DNA from: Isurus oxyrinchus
Lineage: Eukaryota
Reading direction: 5' to 3'
Length of the DNA stretch: 64,000 bases
NCBI GenBank assembly: GCA_026770705.1
Contig: JANJGN010000021.1
Coordinates: forward strand, 89,404,001-89,468,000
Of this stretch, positions 26,606 through 39,379 are shown piece by piece (the stretch's first letter is position 1; every line of letters starts with the position of its first letter). The position numbers and the translations under genes were made by a program. The notes under the pieces were generated by a model, which saw only the letters and a list, made by a program, of their open reading frames with translations, did not search any database and had not been told where the DNA came from.

Positions 26606-26821
26606 AAAACAAAGAAAACTGCGGATGCTGGAAATCCAAAACAAAAACAGAATTACCTGGAAAAACTCAGCAGGTCTGGCAGCATCGGCGGAGAAGAAAA
26701 GAGTTGACGTTTCGAGTCCTCATGACCCTTCGACAGAACCAAGTTCTCGAAACGTCAACTCTTTTCTTCTCCGCCGATGCTGCCAGACCTGCTGAGTTTT
26801 TCCAGGTAATTCTGTTTTTTT
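26606..26821. mobile_element. Palindromic Penelope pseudo-LTR mini-element
   Basis: Perfect 74-bp inverted repeat (26643-26716 / 26746-26819) of the pseudo-LTR seen at 57840-57940; 13-bp TSD TAAAAAAGGCATA at 26593-26605 and 26822-26834. Confidence 0.88.
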
Positions 26822-27278
26822 TAAAAAAGGCATATACCAATGAGCAGAGTCAATGATTGCTTAATTTCCTTTCTATCCAACCTAAGTCATGAATAATGCT
26901 CAGACAATGGTCAACTCTCAGCCAGACTGGAATAGCACTCAAGCAGACTGAAACAATAGAAGGCATTTCCAAAAATTTACAAGACTGTAATATCACCTTG
27001 GGATGAAACGTACGCACAGAACTTTACTACCACATGTCTGGTAATGCAGGTGCAAAACAGTGACAGTCTAAGGAACAGTGTAATAATCTCTTTATTTCTG
27101 TTGGACTATTGTAAAGAACATATAATTTATTTTCTTGAACTATGACTTTAAAACTACCAGGGCTACAATTAAAAGACATGTTCCCTGGAACAGGATATGG
27201 AATATACAAGTTGCTATTTCCTGGAACAAAGGGTGCCAGGTTGGGCAGCATGGTGTTGGAAAGGGGAACTGCCTAGCA

Positions 27279-27360
27279 TAAGGACTCGAAACGTCAACTC
27301 TTCTCTTCTCCGCCGATGCTGCCAGACCTGCTGAGATTTTCCAGGTAATTGTTTTTGTTT
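27279..27360 (+). mobile_element. Penelope pseudo-LTR fragment
   Basis: ggactcgaaacgtcaactc...ccaggtaatt with 9-bp TSD TGCCTAGCA at 27270 and 27361. Confidence 0.78.
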
Positions 27361-27411
27361 TGCCTAGCAACAATGTTTTAATTGGCTCCTGATCAGGTGA
27401 CTAAGATTTTA

Positions 27412-28094
27412 TGTGATAGCAGTGAGCAGAGAGATCCTAGCCTGCAAAGAGAACACACCTAAGTCCTCTCTCTCCAGTGTGTATAAGATTAAATAAATCT
27501 TCAAAGCTAGCTAGCTGGCTGTTTCTTCATATCTCTGCAACCTGATCTCTCTGAAAATACCCCCTGTTAAGGGGAAAAGGGGGAAAATCACCAGTAGAGA
27601 AATTGAAAAGCAAGTTTTCAAACAGTGAACTACAGATTGACTGAAAGTGCTGGAAGACCATCTCGTGTCATCAACAACGAACTGCAAGGAATTTCGGAAG
27701 GCATCAATCAAAATCAACCCATCTAATCCCATAATCCAGATTGGTTCTATTCAACTGCTTTACCTCACCCTTAAAATCCATGTTTTGTATGTCTTATGTG
27801 TTTGAGTGTCTGTGTTTGTGTGTGTATGGGTTAAGAAGGAACAGAGTTTAATTTATAAAGTTAAAAGTTAGCAGTTCATATTTCTTTCTTTTGCCACTGG
27901 TTAAGCATAGTTTGTTTAATAAACAGTTATTTACTTAAGTTTACAAACCTAGTGCTCATATTCTGTTAGCCTAGATTAAACAGTTAGGCAGAATTGGGCA
28001 ATTTGGTGGCCTAGTCAAACTTTTCGCATTTGTCTCAGCTCGGGGATCAGTGGGGCTTGATATTACAGTGCACTATCCGCAGTGAGTCATGACA
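27412..28094 (+). mobile_element. Possible solo LTR
   Basis: TG...CA ends, TG-rich tract and internal AATAAA; no TSD found. Confidence 0.3.
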
Positions 28095-28733
28095 ACAGTG
28101 AAAGATTAAGATGACAAACTGCAAAAGTGAACTTCAAGTGAGTTAGTTATTGGTGTTCCCCAAACTAAAGTTTATGAAACAGCAATGTTTATAAAATAAT
28201 CATTTTGCATTTGTATCTTTGTTGTCTAAAAAGATAGTTAAATTGCTTCTTGTTGCAGCAATTACTTATATAAATTCAAAGACTGAACTCGCACAAAACA
28301 GGAGCACAATTTTTCTAATGTAAAGCTGCCTCTCAATAAACAGTAAGAGGGCCCAATGATCTGTCAAAGTAGATCCGAATCTGAGCTGAGACGCGCCAAG
28401 TCTCTGCCAAGCTGTTTACCTCATTCAGTGTTTTACTGCACGGCAGGAAGTAACAGTAATAAGAAATTGCAGTCTCTTGCTTTACCAATAATTGAGAAAC
28501 CACTAATCTGTGTGGACTGTAGCTCCTAATTACCACAATCAAATATGTAAGACCCCGTTTCTAACTTTGCAATGCTTTCATCATTGTTACCACTATTTAA
28601 TTGTCCAAATGCCTATGTTTTTCAAATCGTATAATTTGAGAGCACAAATGCAAATATTTCATCTTGTGATAGTCTTCTGAACTATTTTTTTCTACACCCC
28701 TCTTCTGTGGTTACTCTAGGCTGTTTTAGAGTA

Positions 28734-29239
28734 CACGCGATCCTTGACTTTACGACTTTTGAGTTATGACAAATGGCACTTCCGACATTTATAAATTGAC
28801 ACTCTGTTTTAACTTTCCCATGTCGGTTTTGACTTTACGATTCCACGACAGCAAACAAGTTCAAACGTTGGTACTTGCATACTGACGTTCTGTGTCGCCC
28901 ATCTTCCTGACTCAAGACACTTAGTTGCTATTCCAACACCATTAGTACAGTACAGTACTATATTTCTACACGTATTTTTAGCTTATTATGTAATTTTTCA
29001 ATGTTAATATGATTGCTATTTACAACATAAATACATTAACGTTGCCATATTAGTCATCTATAATTGATTGAGTACAAATTTCTGGATTATTTTGGTGAAA
29101 ATAGGGTATCAGGCCTTGGTTCAGAAACCAATCCCCCACTTATATCATTGTTCTTTTGGGAAAATCAGTCCTGACTTATGATGTTTCAGCTTAAGTCAGT
29201 TTTCGGAACCAATCGTGTCACAAGTCTGAGGACTGCCTA
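28734..29239. mobile_element. Tigger/pogo-like MITE
   Basis: Degenerate TIRs cacgcgatccttgactttacgac / gtcacaagtctgaggactgcct, with TA at the left end. Confidence 0.6.
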
Positions 29240-29587
29240 CATTAATTGTCAGTGCATGTAACTTAATAATTCTGAATCAGATAACCAGATAAATGGGGAA
29301 AATTCCCAGCCAGTTTATAAGGGCTAAATTAGATAGGGCCAATACTTGGGCAAGGGGGACCCAATACACAGCCTACCAATGTGTTCGTGGTGCAAGTGGG
29401 AAGAACAGAAATTTTAGCCTGAAACCAAGCGCCTCCCAAGCTACTGGCTGCCTCTGCACTCAGCAGGGGCAAGGAGCAGTGTTGTACTTGGTGCATGTGA
29501 TGATCTTCTTTTCTTGAAGGCAGTCTGCCCCTTTTACAGTTAACTTACAGTGAATGACAGGAGACTGCTGAATATTATTGCAGCTTT

Positions 29588-30038
29588 TTCAATTAATTAA
29601 TGGGATGTGGATGTCACTGGCTAGGCTGGCATTTATTTCCCATCCCTAATTGCCCTTGAGAAGGTGGTGGTGAGCTACCTTCTTGAACCACTGCAGTTCA
29701 TGTGGTCTAACTCCACCCACAGTGTTGTTAGAGAGGGAGTTCCAGGATTTTGACTCAGCGACAGTGAAGGAATGGTGATATATCTCCAAATCAGGATGGT
29801 GAGTGGCTTGGAGGGAACTTCCAGGTGGTGGTGTTCCCCTGTGTCTCCTTTTAGATGGTAGCGCTCGTGAGTTTGGAAGGTGCTGTCTGATGAGGCTTGG
29901 TAAGTTCCTGCAGTACAACTTGTAGATGCTGCACACTGCTGACACTGTGTGTTGGTGGTGCACAACTTGACTGTTTGTTGATGGGGTACCAATAAAGTGG
30001 GCTGTTTTGTCCTGAATAGTATCAAGCTTCTTGAGTGT
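29588..30038 (-). mobile_element. CR1-group LINE family 1, 3' fragment
   Basis: LKKLDTIQDK...SKSWNSL...KKVAHHHLLKGN plus tail. Confidence 0.85.
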
Positions 30039-30880
30039 GAAGCAGTCCGTGTCCAAATGCAGAAAGACCTGGACAATATCTAGGCTTGGGCTGGCAAGTG
30101 GCAAGTAACATTCCTGTCAAACTGGTGCCAGGCAATGACCATCTCTAACAAGAGAAAACCTAACCAATGCCCCATGACATTCAATAGCATTACAATCGCT
30201 GAATTCCCCCACTATCTACATCCTGGGGGTTACCATTGACCAGAAACTGAACTGGACTAGCCATATAAATACTGCGGCTACAAGAGCAGATTAGGGGCTA
30301 GGAATTCTACAGAGAGTAACCCACCTTCTGACTCCTCAAAGCCTGTGTACCATCTACAAGGCACAAGTCAGGAGTGTGATGGAATATTCTCCACTCGCCT
30401 GGATGGGTGGAACTCCAATAATGCTCAAGAAGCTCAACGCCATCCAGGACAAAACAGCCTCCACCACCTTCAACATTTACTCCATCCACAACTGATCACA
30501 GTTGCAGCAGTGTGTACCATCTAGAAGATGCGCTGCAACAACTCATCAAGTCTCTTTCAACAGCACCTTCCAAACCTGTGGCTTTTACAACCTGGAAGGA
30601 CAAGGGCAGCAGATACATGGGAACACCACCATATGCAAGATCCCCTCCAAGTCACACACCATCCTAACTTGGAACTGTAGTGCCATTTCTTCACTGTTGC
30701 TGGGTCTAATCCCTGGAACTCCCTTCCTAACAGCACTGTGGGTATTCCTACAACACATGGACTGTAGCAGTTCAAGAAAGCAGCTCACACCACCTTCTCA
30801 TGGGAAATTAGGGATGGACAATAAATGCTGGCCTAGCTTGTGATGCTATATCCCATAAACGATTGTACACATTAAAAAAA
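30039..30880 (+). mobile_element. CR1-group LINE family 1, 3' fragment
   Basis: QKDLDNI*AWAGKWQVTF...IYKAQVRSVMEYSPLAW; A-rich tail; abuts the previous copy head-to-head. Confidence 0.85.
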
Positions 30881-31509
30881 AGCAAGTTAGGTGCCTGGGC
30901 TTTCAGTAATGCTAGTGCATTAGTTAGTGCACCTTGCAGCTGAAGACCTGCTCTTTGCTAAGTGATGTACGAATTTGTATAATGGGCTTCCGTGGTCTAA
31001 ATTTGTGCAATGGCACCAAACCAACCAATCTGACTGCGGGACTTCAGGACTGCACTGGTTCAGCTGCTTTTGGTGAATGCAGGGAACACCCAACCATGCG
31101 TCTTTCTCAAGACGGCTCAACTTATGGATCGTGCCAGCAGCAGCTGCTGGTGTTAAGCACATCCCCAGAGGCGAATCTACTTCCATAGTGGCATGGCAGT
31201 CTGCTTTCACTATACAAAAGGTATTTTGAAGGACTCAATATACTTCCTCTCACTCTTCACCTCCTGATGCATCATTTCAGAAGAAAACTTAAATCAAATA
31301 ATGGAAATTATTTAAAAACAATGTTCATGTGCCTTCCAGTGGTATCGCTGCAGGTTCCTGAAAATCTCCCTTCTTTTGTAATTTACACACAAGAGGGAGT
31401 GAATATCAGCAATTTTCATATCTCAAGCAGTACTTTTCCAGACTTCCTGCTTTTTTAACTCTTAAAACACAAGGTCACATATTACCACCGGCAACAACAT
31501 TGGATGGGG

Positions 31510-31885
31510 AATGGTAGTCCAGTGGTTATATTACTAGACTAGTAATAGAGGATGTATTAATAATTCAGTGAACTCAAATTCAGTTTCCCCCATAAATTCA
31601 GTTTTCTAAAAGCTGGAAAAAAAAGATGGTATCAGTAAAATGACCATGAAACCTTCTGATTGTCGTACAAACCCAACTGGTGAGCTTACTAATGCTCTTC
31701 AGGGAAGAAAATCCTGCGGTCCTTATCTGGTCTGGTCTATATCTGACTCCCATCCCACATCAATGCAATTGACTCTGCTCTCTGAAGTGGCCTAACAGGT
31801 CACTCAGTTAAGAGAAACTTGGGCTGGACAATGAATTTTGGCTTTGCTGGTCTTGTCAGCGATGCCCATATCCTAAAAATTATTA
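31510..31885 (+). mobile_element. tRNA-derived SINE, same family as 58250-58600
   Basis: Shared core ccttatctggtctggtcta and LINE-like tail. Confidence 0.7.
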
Positions 31886-32891
31886 AAATCAATAGCGACT
31901 GCTTAACACACGATTTGATAATCTCACAGAGACATTAAACATTTAAATTAAACCCTGACCTCATTGGTTCAGAAGTCTACCATCTGACTGATAAAACAGG
32001 CAAACTCCATTACTGATGAAAATTAAGTTGGAAGGGAAGAGAAACTGACAAGCTTAACATGGATCTTACTTAGCACTGGTTAGATGTAAAGTGTATTGCA
32101 CTCTACATCAAACTCACGCTATCTGTACCTGATCTGGGAGAGCTGACTGGAAAAGTCTGGGGGGGAATTACTAGGGTCTAGGGTTTGGATAATATCCAAT
32201 TTGGCATCCAATCCTAGTGTCAGAAGTTCCCAGGTAGCTGAGGGACAATATAAAGGGAGCTTTACCCTGCATTCTATGTTAGCTGAGTGCCAACAATGGC
32301 CAGCAAGATTAGCCTACCATTAAGTATGACAAAACGAAGCTCAACCTTGATGTGACGACAGTAATGATAAGGATGAAAAGCATATGGGCCAGAATTTTTC
32401 AGATGGCGGTGTTTCTCTGCCCACCATCCAAAGAGTCATCAGAGAACACATCCCCGCCAATACTGCCTGCTCTGCAGCCACTTAATGCTCCAAGAAGTGT
32501 CAATTAGCTTGAGGAACGTCTTCTGCTCCTCACTTCAGAGAAAGTCCCATTTCAGAGAGCTGACGGCTAACCTAATTGGGTGGCAGCTCTCTAGTCTGTG
32601 CAACACCAGAAGCTGCAGTGGATAGGACTAGGACTGCAAGTAGTCTCCAGAGCGTAACTCCCAGGAGTCCAGGAACAGATAAGCTTTGGTGGTCTCAGGG
32701 TGGGGAAGGTAGGTGAGGCCTGGGAGGTGGACAGAGGGAGTTGAGGTGTCGGTTAAGAGGCCGCGGGGAAGAGCCTCTGCAGCAGTCAGATCTTTTTGAG
32801 GGGAGCCCGATGTTAAATGGAGGCTTCTGATGGAGGCACCCTCCCCCGCACCCCCTTTCGCACCCGTGGTCTGAACAGGGTTACACACATA

Positions 32892-33192
32892 CATATGAAT
32901 TAGGAGCAGGAGTAGGCCACTCAGCCCCTCGAGCCTGCTCTGCCATTCAATAAGATCATGGCTGATCTGACTGTAACCTCAACCCAACAATCCAGTCTAG
33001 CCTCAATAATCTTTCATCCCCTTGTTAATCAAGAATTTATCTAGCTCTGCCTTAAAAATATTCAAGGACTCTGCTTCCACCACCTTTTGAGGAAAAGAGT
33101 TCCAAAGACTTACCACCCTCTCACAGAAAAAAATTCTACTCATCTGACTTAAATGAGCGAACCCTTTTTTTAAAACGGTGACCCCTAGTTCG
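32892..33192 (-). mobile_element. CR1 LINE 3' end nested in a GC-rich MITE
   Basis: FFCERVVSLWNSFPQKVVEAESLNIFKAELDKFL. Confidence 0.8.
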
Positions 33193-33779
33193 AGTTCTAA
33201 TTTTTGGGCTTCCACCTTGCCCCTGAGCTCCTCCCGACAGCCTGAAAATTGAGCCTGGTGGAAAACAGCCCTAAAGTGGTTAGTAATTGGCCTCAATTGG
33301 GGCAGGGCTTCAGGCCTTGCCCGTCCCAGCATAAAATTGTGGATCGCTCTATGCAGGCGGGATCCTGTCCGGAGGCCATTTGACAAATTTTAGTTCACTC
33401 CCCTCCCCGACACCCCCGCGTACGAACCTGCCAGTGTGGATACATATAATTACTTTCCATTCCAGAATTTTAAGTGCCAAAAAATTATCTGCACCGTGAA
33501 AGACACCAATACACCCTGACCTGCATGTGAAGCTTCCCAGTCGTCACTGTGGTGTATGCCTGTCAGCGTTGAAACGAATCAATGCAGTCAAGTGAAAAAA
33601 TTCCATGGAGTATTGCTACAGTCGATTTCACCTTAAGCAGGCTGATTGTTGGACCCTGGATGTGACGGAGCAGGTTTACTGTGGAAATAAAAACAAAACT
33701 ATTGGAAGCACATTAACACAAAGTTGGTAAACTCATTTTCTACGGCAGACCTACCAAATATCTTTGCAATTGGCATGGG

Positions 33780-34470
33780 TCACATTCAGCAAAAGAGAGG
33801 TAGAGAAGCAGAGTGATTAAGGAAAGAAATCACAGACTCAAGGCCTAAGCAAGTGAAGGCAAAGCACTAATGATGAAGTAATTAAAATCAGTGATGCATA
33901 AGAGGTCTTAAGCAGAGGAATACAGCTATCTGAGAGAGTTGTGGGGTTGGAAGAGATTACAGAGATAGGGAGGGATGAGGCCATGAAGGGACATGAAAAC
34001 AAGGATGGGAATTTTAAAATAGAGGCCGGATTCCAACCAGGAGTGCATTGGAGTAGTCAAGTCTATTGATAACAAAGGCATGGATGAGGGTTTCAGCAGC
34101 AGTTGAGCTGAGGGAGGAGTCATGCTATGTTACAGACATCGAAATAGACAATCTTGGTTATCATGCGGATATGTGATCAAATATGACACCAAGTTGTGAC
34201 CAGTCTCGTCCAGCCTCAGACAGCTGTCAGAGAGAGGCATGGAGTAAGTGGCAATGCAGCGGCTTTTGTGGTGGGAGATGAAAACAATGGCTTCTGTCTT
34301 CCCAATATTTAGTTGGAAGAAATTTCTACTCAGCCAGTACTGGATTTCATTCAAGCTGTCAGACAATTTAGTGACAGGGAGGGTGTCGGGAGAGGTGCTA
34401 GTGAGGTAAAGCTGGCTGTCATCAGTGTGCATTTGAAACAATAATATGAAGAGCACAAGAAGTTTCAGAG
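33780..34470 (-). mobile_element. L2 LINE fragment
   Basis: FQMHTDDSQLYL...WLSRNFFQLNIGKTEAIVF; paralogous copy at 44515-45375. Confidence 0.8.
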
Positions 34471-35421
34471 GGATTGCGCAAGAAGAATGAATCTTTGATT
34501 GAAGGAACGGAAAATGCAAATGAGAGTTTGGGGCTATGATGGGGAGGTGTGTACTTAACTCAGCTGAGTGCAGGAGGAAGGAGTTGGTGGTTTGTGAAGG
34601 AGTAGCCAGCTGGGAAAGATCCCAGAGGTCCAAAAAGACGGGCTTAGAAAGTTCCCCTGCTCCTGAGTCAACCGTGAAGGTTTGGGTGGAGGCACTTGGG
34701 CGAATTTTCTAATAGCCAATCTGAGCCCTGCGCCTTCAGGCTGGATCCAGCCTGCCTGCTATATGTTTCATATCCCTGATGACACAAAAAAACTGCAACA
34801 TTGTGGGTAGAAAACTTTTATTGCAAATTCAAACAGATAACAGGAAACTCTGAAATCTGCAATGTGTCTCGGTTTGTTTTCACTTTGTTAAACACTCAGG
34901 ATGTTGTCAATTAACACTCTAAAACAGTTGCACAAGCATTGACTTGTGGCACAATGCCGCAATACACTGGGACTAGATGGTACTGCTGTTGAGATCACAC
35001 AAGCTCCACCTGCAACCAGGCTGTGGTTCAAGAGCAAACTGTGATACACAGACTCCATCGATGGGGGCGTAACCTCCTTGAAGCCTGGTTCTCTGGGAGC
35101 TTCTAGCCATTGCCACTAGGGTGGACAAAGTCTCCAGATAACAACCTCATCTTGCTGCTATAAGACCAGCTTTGAACTAATTCTGCAAATCCTGCTTTCA
35201 GCTAGCTGAACCACCTGAACTTCAACACTTACATGAAGGAACCCTCACTGGACTCTAACAGTCACATGAATTAATATTCCTATTTCTTTTCATCGTTCCA
35301 AATTAGTCCTAGTTGTAAAACAATTTTTTCATATCCCCTTGTGTGTTGCAATGACCATCCCCTGGGTTTGAACATGTGAATAAACAACACATCTGACTTA
35401 ATCCTAATGACAGTTTGCTGC

Positions 35422-35611
35422 GTGGAGAGATAAACAGAGTTAACGTTTCGAGTTGGTAAGACTCTTCTTCAGAGTGAAGAAGAGTCATACCGACTTGAAA
35501 CGTTAACTCTATTTTATCACTCCACAGATGCTGTTAGACCTGCTGAGTTTTCCCAGCATTTTCTGGTTTTTTTTTTCAGATTTCCAACATTCACAGTATT
35601 TTGCTTTTATC
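35422..35611. mobile_element. Penelope pseudo-LTR mini-element (second subfamily, inverted arrangement)
   Basis: Inverted pLTR halves meet near 35472; 14-bp TSD TGA(C/G)AGTTTGCTGC at 35408 and 35612; the minus strand reads CUGAAGA...GAAACGUU. Confidence 0.8.
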
Positions 35612-37561
35612 TGAGAGTTTGCTGCAAGTCATTTCAAAATATTCAAAAAGCAAAACACCTCTGTTTACGGACAGATGGCAAGAAAAATAAAGGAGTTCAG
35701 TTTGCCTCCCTCCCCTATCCATAACAGGATTGTTTCTTTTCTTATTATATATAAATGACCTGGGCTTGGAAATGGCTTCTTTTTGTGCTGTAAAATTCTA
35801 TGCTTTTAAAGAAATGGAGTTTAAGGATGCCACTTCCATCTTTATCCTTACAGAGTGGTATATAATAATACCAGACAGTGAAAAGAGAATATTCCCATTG
35901 CCAAACAATTTTAAAAATTGTTTCTGAAAGTCAAAGAGGGATGTTCTGGAGAGGGGTGTATGCTAGGGAGGAGATAATGGGGGAGCGCAGATGCACAAGG
36001 TTACTGAAAGACTTATTCGCACAACTGTGGAGTGCATAAAAAATTGCCATTATGCTTCAATGTCCAATTTATTGAGCATAACATGGGATTAATATCTGTA
36101 CATAGCACAATAAAAAGTAACTGTCTTTCAGTGAAATAGTGTTGTTATAGATGATAGGTGAACATGGAAACAAAATTTAATGAATCGTAGGAAAAATATC
36201 TAGAAGACATTTCATGACATGAAAATTAGGAAAAGTCAATGACTGATAGGCATAATGGAGTACCAATACATTATAGAGCAGTCGCTCCCAATGCGATGTG
36301 GGTTCATAGGACTATACATGGAAAGCACACACTGTCAAAAGCACACCTATCAACTCACACATCAATCAATTCGTCCACACAGAGGTTCGACAGTGTCATG
36401 TGGCCACCCATCAGACGATCAATCGAGTGCACCTACTATACATAGTGAAGATTAGTGTATTTTCCATTCTGGCCAGGTAAGTCAATTTAAGTTTTAGATA
36501 ATCTCTACCAACCACGTCAATCTTCGTAGGCAGCAGAAATTTTAAAAATCAGCAAGTCTCCCAACTTTAACATGTCATCAAAGAATGTTCCAACTGACAA
36601 TGTAAAGCATAGCAATGGAGGAAAGCCCAAGGTGACAACAACATCTTGTATTCAAATAGTGCCTTGAATGTAATATCTCAAGGCATTTCACAGGAGAGTT
36701 GTAACTTAAAATTTGACACTGAGTCACATGATTGTATGGAAGAGTGCAAGAGCACGTTTTCTCTCACTTGCTCACAAAGATTGTGATAGAATCAGCAAAA
36801 AATTATGTGCTTTAGCTTAAAACAGCTAACAAGAGTGTTATTGCGGGTTCTGGTTCCTCATTCTGCAATGCACTGACTAGCCTGAGAGCTGAATTCTGAT
36901 GCAAACTGCCAAACACATAACAGCTCACTGACCATTTCTGGGAATGGATAAAGTTTAATCTGTAATACTGTATTCTTAGTAGCTGATACTTTATTTGGTC
37001 ATGCTGCTTACAGAATTACAAAGACCACATCCCTGAACTACACGTTCAGTGAACGTTGGATACTGCTAGCTTATGACAATTGTCAATAGTTTGCCTGTGG
37101 CTTCTCGTTTCTTAATTGCACAAGCTGCAAGAAATGACCAGCTTTAATCACTGACTGTTCATTGGAGTGTATAGTTCCAAGCGAACTGAGAGAAATACAA
37201 TCCTGGGGACTACAACGTATTTGCAGTTAAAAGAGATCCACACCTAATCAATGTGGTATTGGAGCTAATTGGAATCATAGCGTGAAGCTTTCTGTTCAAT
37301 ACGACTTCATATCTCACCCTGTTTGGTAAAACAGAATAATCCCTCTGCACCCGTTGTGTATTGAGATATTTCAATACAGCAGCACCCTTTGTAAACTTAA
37401 AACCAGTAGGTAAGACCGTTAATACTTCCTCTGTTTCAATTATTTGAGAAGAATACCTTTGGTTTTAGGTTAAGTTTCTCTGTCGCTGATGAACAGAGGG
37501 CTTGAGGGTAATTGTAACCTAACTCACTGGGCAAGGAAAACAAGTGATTGTGTAGCGAGAG

Positions 37562-38795
37562 ATAGACCAGATAATTACAGGCCAGTCAGTCTAACCTCGG
37601 TAGTGGGCAAATTATTGGAAGTAACAGGGAGGATTGATGAGATTAGTTAGTTGATGTGGTCTACATGGATTATAGCAAGGCTTTTGACAAGTTCCGCATG
37701 GCAGACTGGTTATTAAAATAAAAGCCCATGGAATCCAGGAGAATGCAGCAAGCTGGATACAAAATTGGATCAGTAGCAGGAAACAAAGGGTTTCCAGTGG
37801 GGTTCCGTAGGGCTCAGTACTAGGTCCCTTGCTTTTTGTGGTATATATTAATGAATTGTAAGTAAATGTAGGATGAATAATCAAGAAATTTGCAGATGAC
37901 ACAAAAATTGGCTGTGCAGTTGGTAGCTAGGAGGTTGTTGTAGACTGCAGGAAGACATCAATGGACTGGTCAGGCGGACAGAAAAGTGGCAAATAGAATT
38001 CAACCCAGAGAAGTGAGGTGATGCATTTGGGGAGGTCAACCAAGTCAAAGGATTACACAATAAATAGGAGGATACTGAGAAGTGTAGAGGAAGTGAGGAA
38101 CCTTGGAGTGAATGTCCACAGATCCCTGAAGGTACCAGGACAGATTGGTAACGTGGTTAAGGCTTATGGAATCCTTTCATTTATTAGCTGAGGCATAGAA
38201 TATAAAAGCAGGGAGGTTATGCTGGAAAGTATAAAACATTAGTTAGGTCATACCTTGAGAACAGTACCATACGCAGTTCTGGTCACCTCTTCACAGAAAG
38301 GATGTAATTGCATTAGGGAGGGTATGGAGAATATTTACAAGGATGTTGCCAAGACAGGAAAATTGCAGCCATGAGGAAAGATCAGATAGGCTGGGGTTGT
38401 CCTCTGTGGAACGGAGAAGGCTGAACGGAGATTTGTTTGAGACTAACAAAATTGACAGGGGCATGGATAGAATGGATGGGAAGTGCCTATTTAGCAGAGA
38501 TCAGTGACTAGACGGCATCGATTTAAAGTGATTGGTAGAAGGATTAGAGAGGAGATCGTAAAAAAATGTTTCACCGAGAGGGGTCTGGAACTCACTGCCT
38601 GAAAAGCTAGTAGAGGCAGAAACCCTCAACTCATTTAAAAGGTGTCTGGATATGCACTTCAGGTGCCGTAACCTGCAGGCCTACGGACCAAATGCTGGAA
38701 ATTGGAATTAGGCTGACAGGCTCATTTTTCAGTTGGTGCAGACACATTGGGCCAAGTGGCCTCTTTCTGTGCCACAAAACTTCAACGATTCTAAA
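37562..38795 (+). mobile_element. CR1 LINE RT/3' fragment
   Basis: NYRPVSLTSVVGK, VDVVYMDYSKAFDKVPH-like, KFADDTKIG, WNSLPE motifs with stops. Confidence 0.85.
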
Positions 38796-39103
38796 CAGAA
38801 CTACAGTCAATTGTTTTATACTAAATACTTTCTATCCAGTACATTAAATGTGGTTAATTTTTCATTTTTGTTGCCTGATTTCTTCACACCCAGGTGGTTT
38901 ATTGAAATGCGTATTTGTCTTTGTCATTGTTGGCTGTCCCTCGATTCGAGGGTGACATCTACTCAGGGATGAGTTTCTGCCATGGATCTGCCATGGCATC
39001 AACGAACCCTCCAAAATGTGAATTAGGTGTTGGGAGATCTGTGGTTTCTCAATTCCTTCCCCCAGTCTCTTACTGATAAGTTAATATTCTTTTTTCCTAG
39101 AAT

Positions 39104-39182
39104 ATGTTCTCATTTTACTCATATTCCCCTATTGAGCAGTGCATCCCCTGGTAAATATTGGTCCTGTTCATCACTGACCCAG
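39104..39182 (+). pseudogene. Gene B leader exon with in-frame stop
   Basis: ATG at 39104; MFSFYSYSPIEQCIPW*ILVLFITDP then G|GTAAGA phase-1 donor about 200 nt before the V exon. TAA at 39152-39154, where paralog C has TTA. Confidence 0.75.
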
Positions 39183-39379
39183 GTAAGAAAATGTCTGCTT
39201 AAAATTGAGAGTAACTGGAACAATACATTTAAAGTGTGAATGTTGCATTCTGTAATGAAACGTCAGTGTGCAAGAAGCCTCAGGCAGATTGGATGTTGAT
39301 TGCAACGCACAAGCAGAAATACGGACTGTAATTGTACTCCCGCAGAACCATTCCAACAGTATGATGTTTTGTGTTCCAG

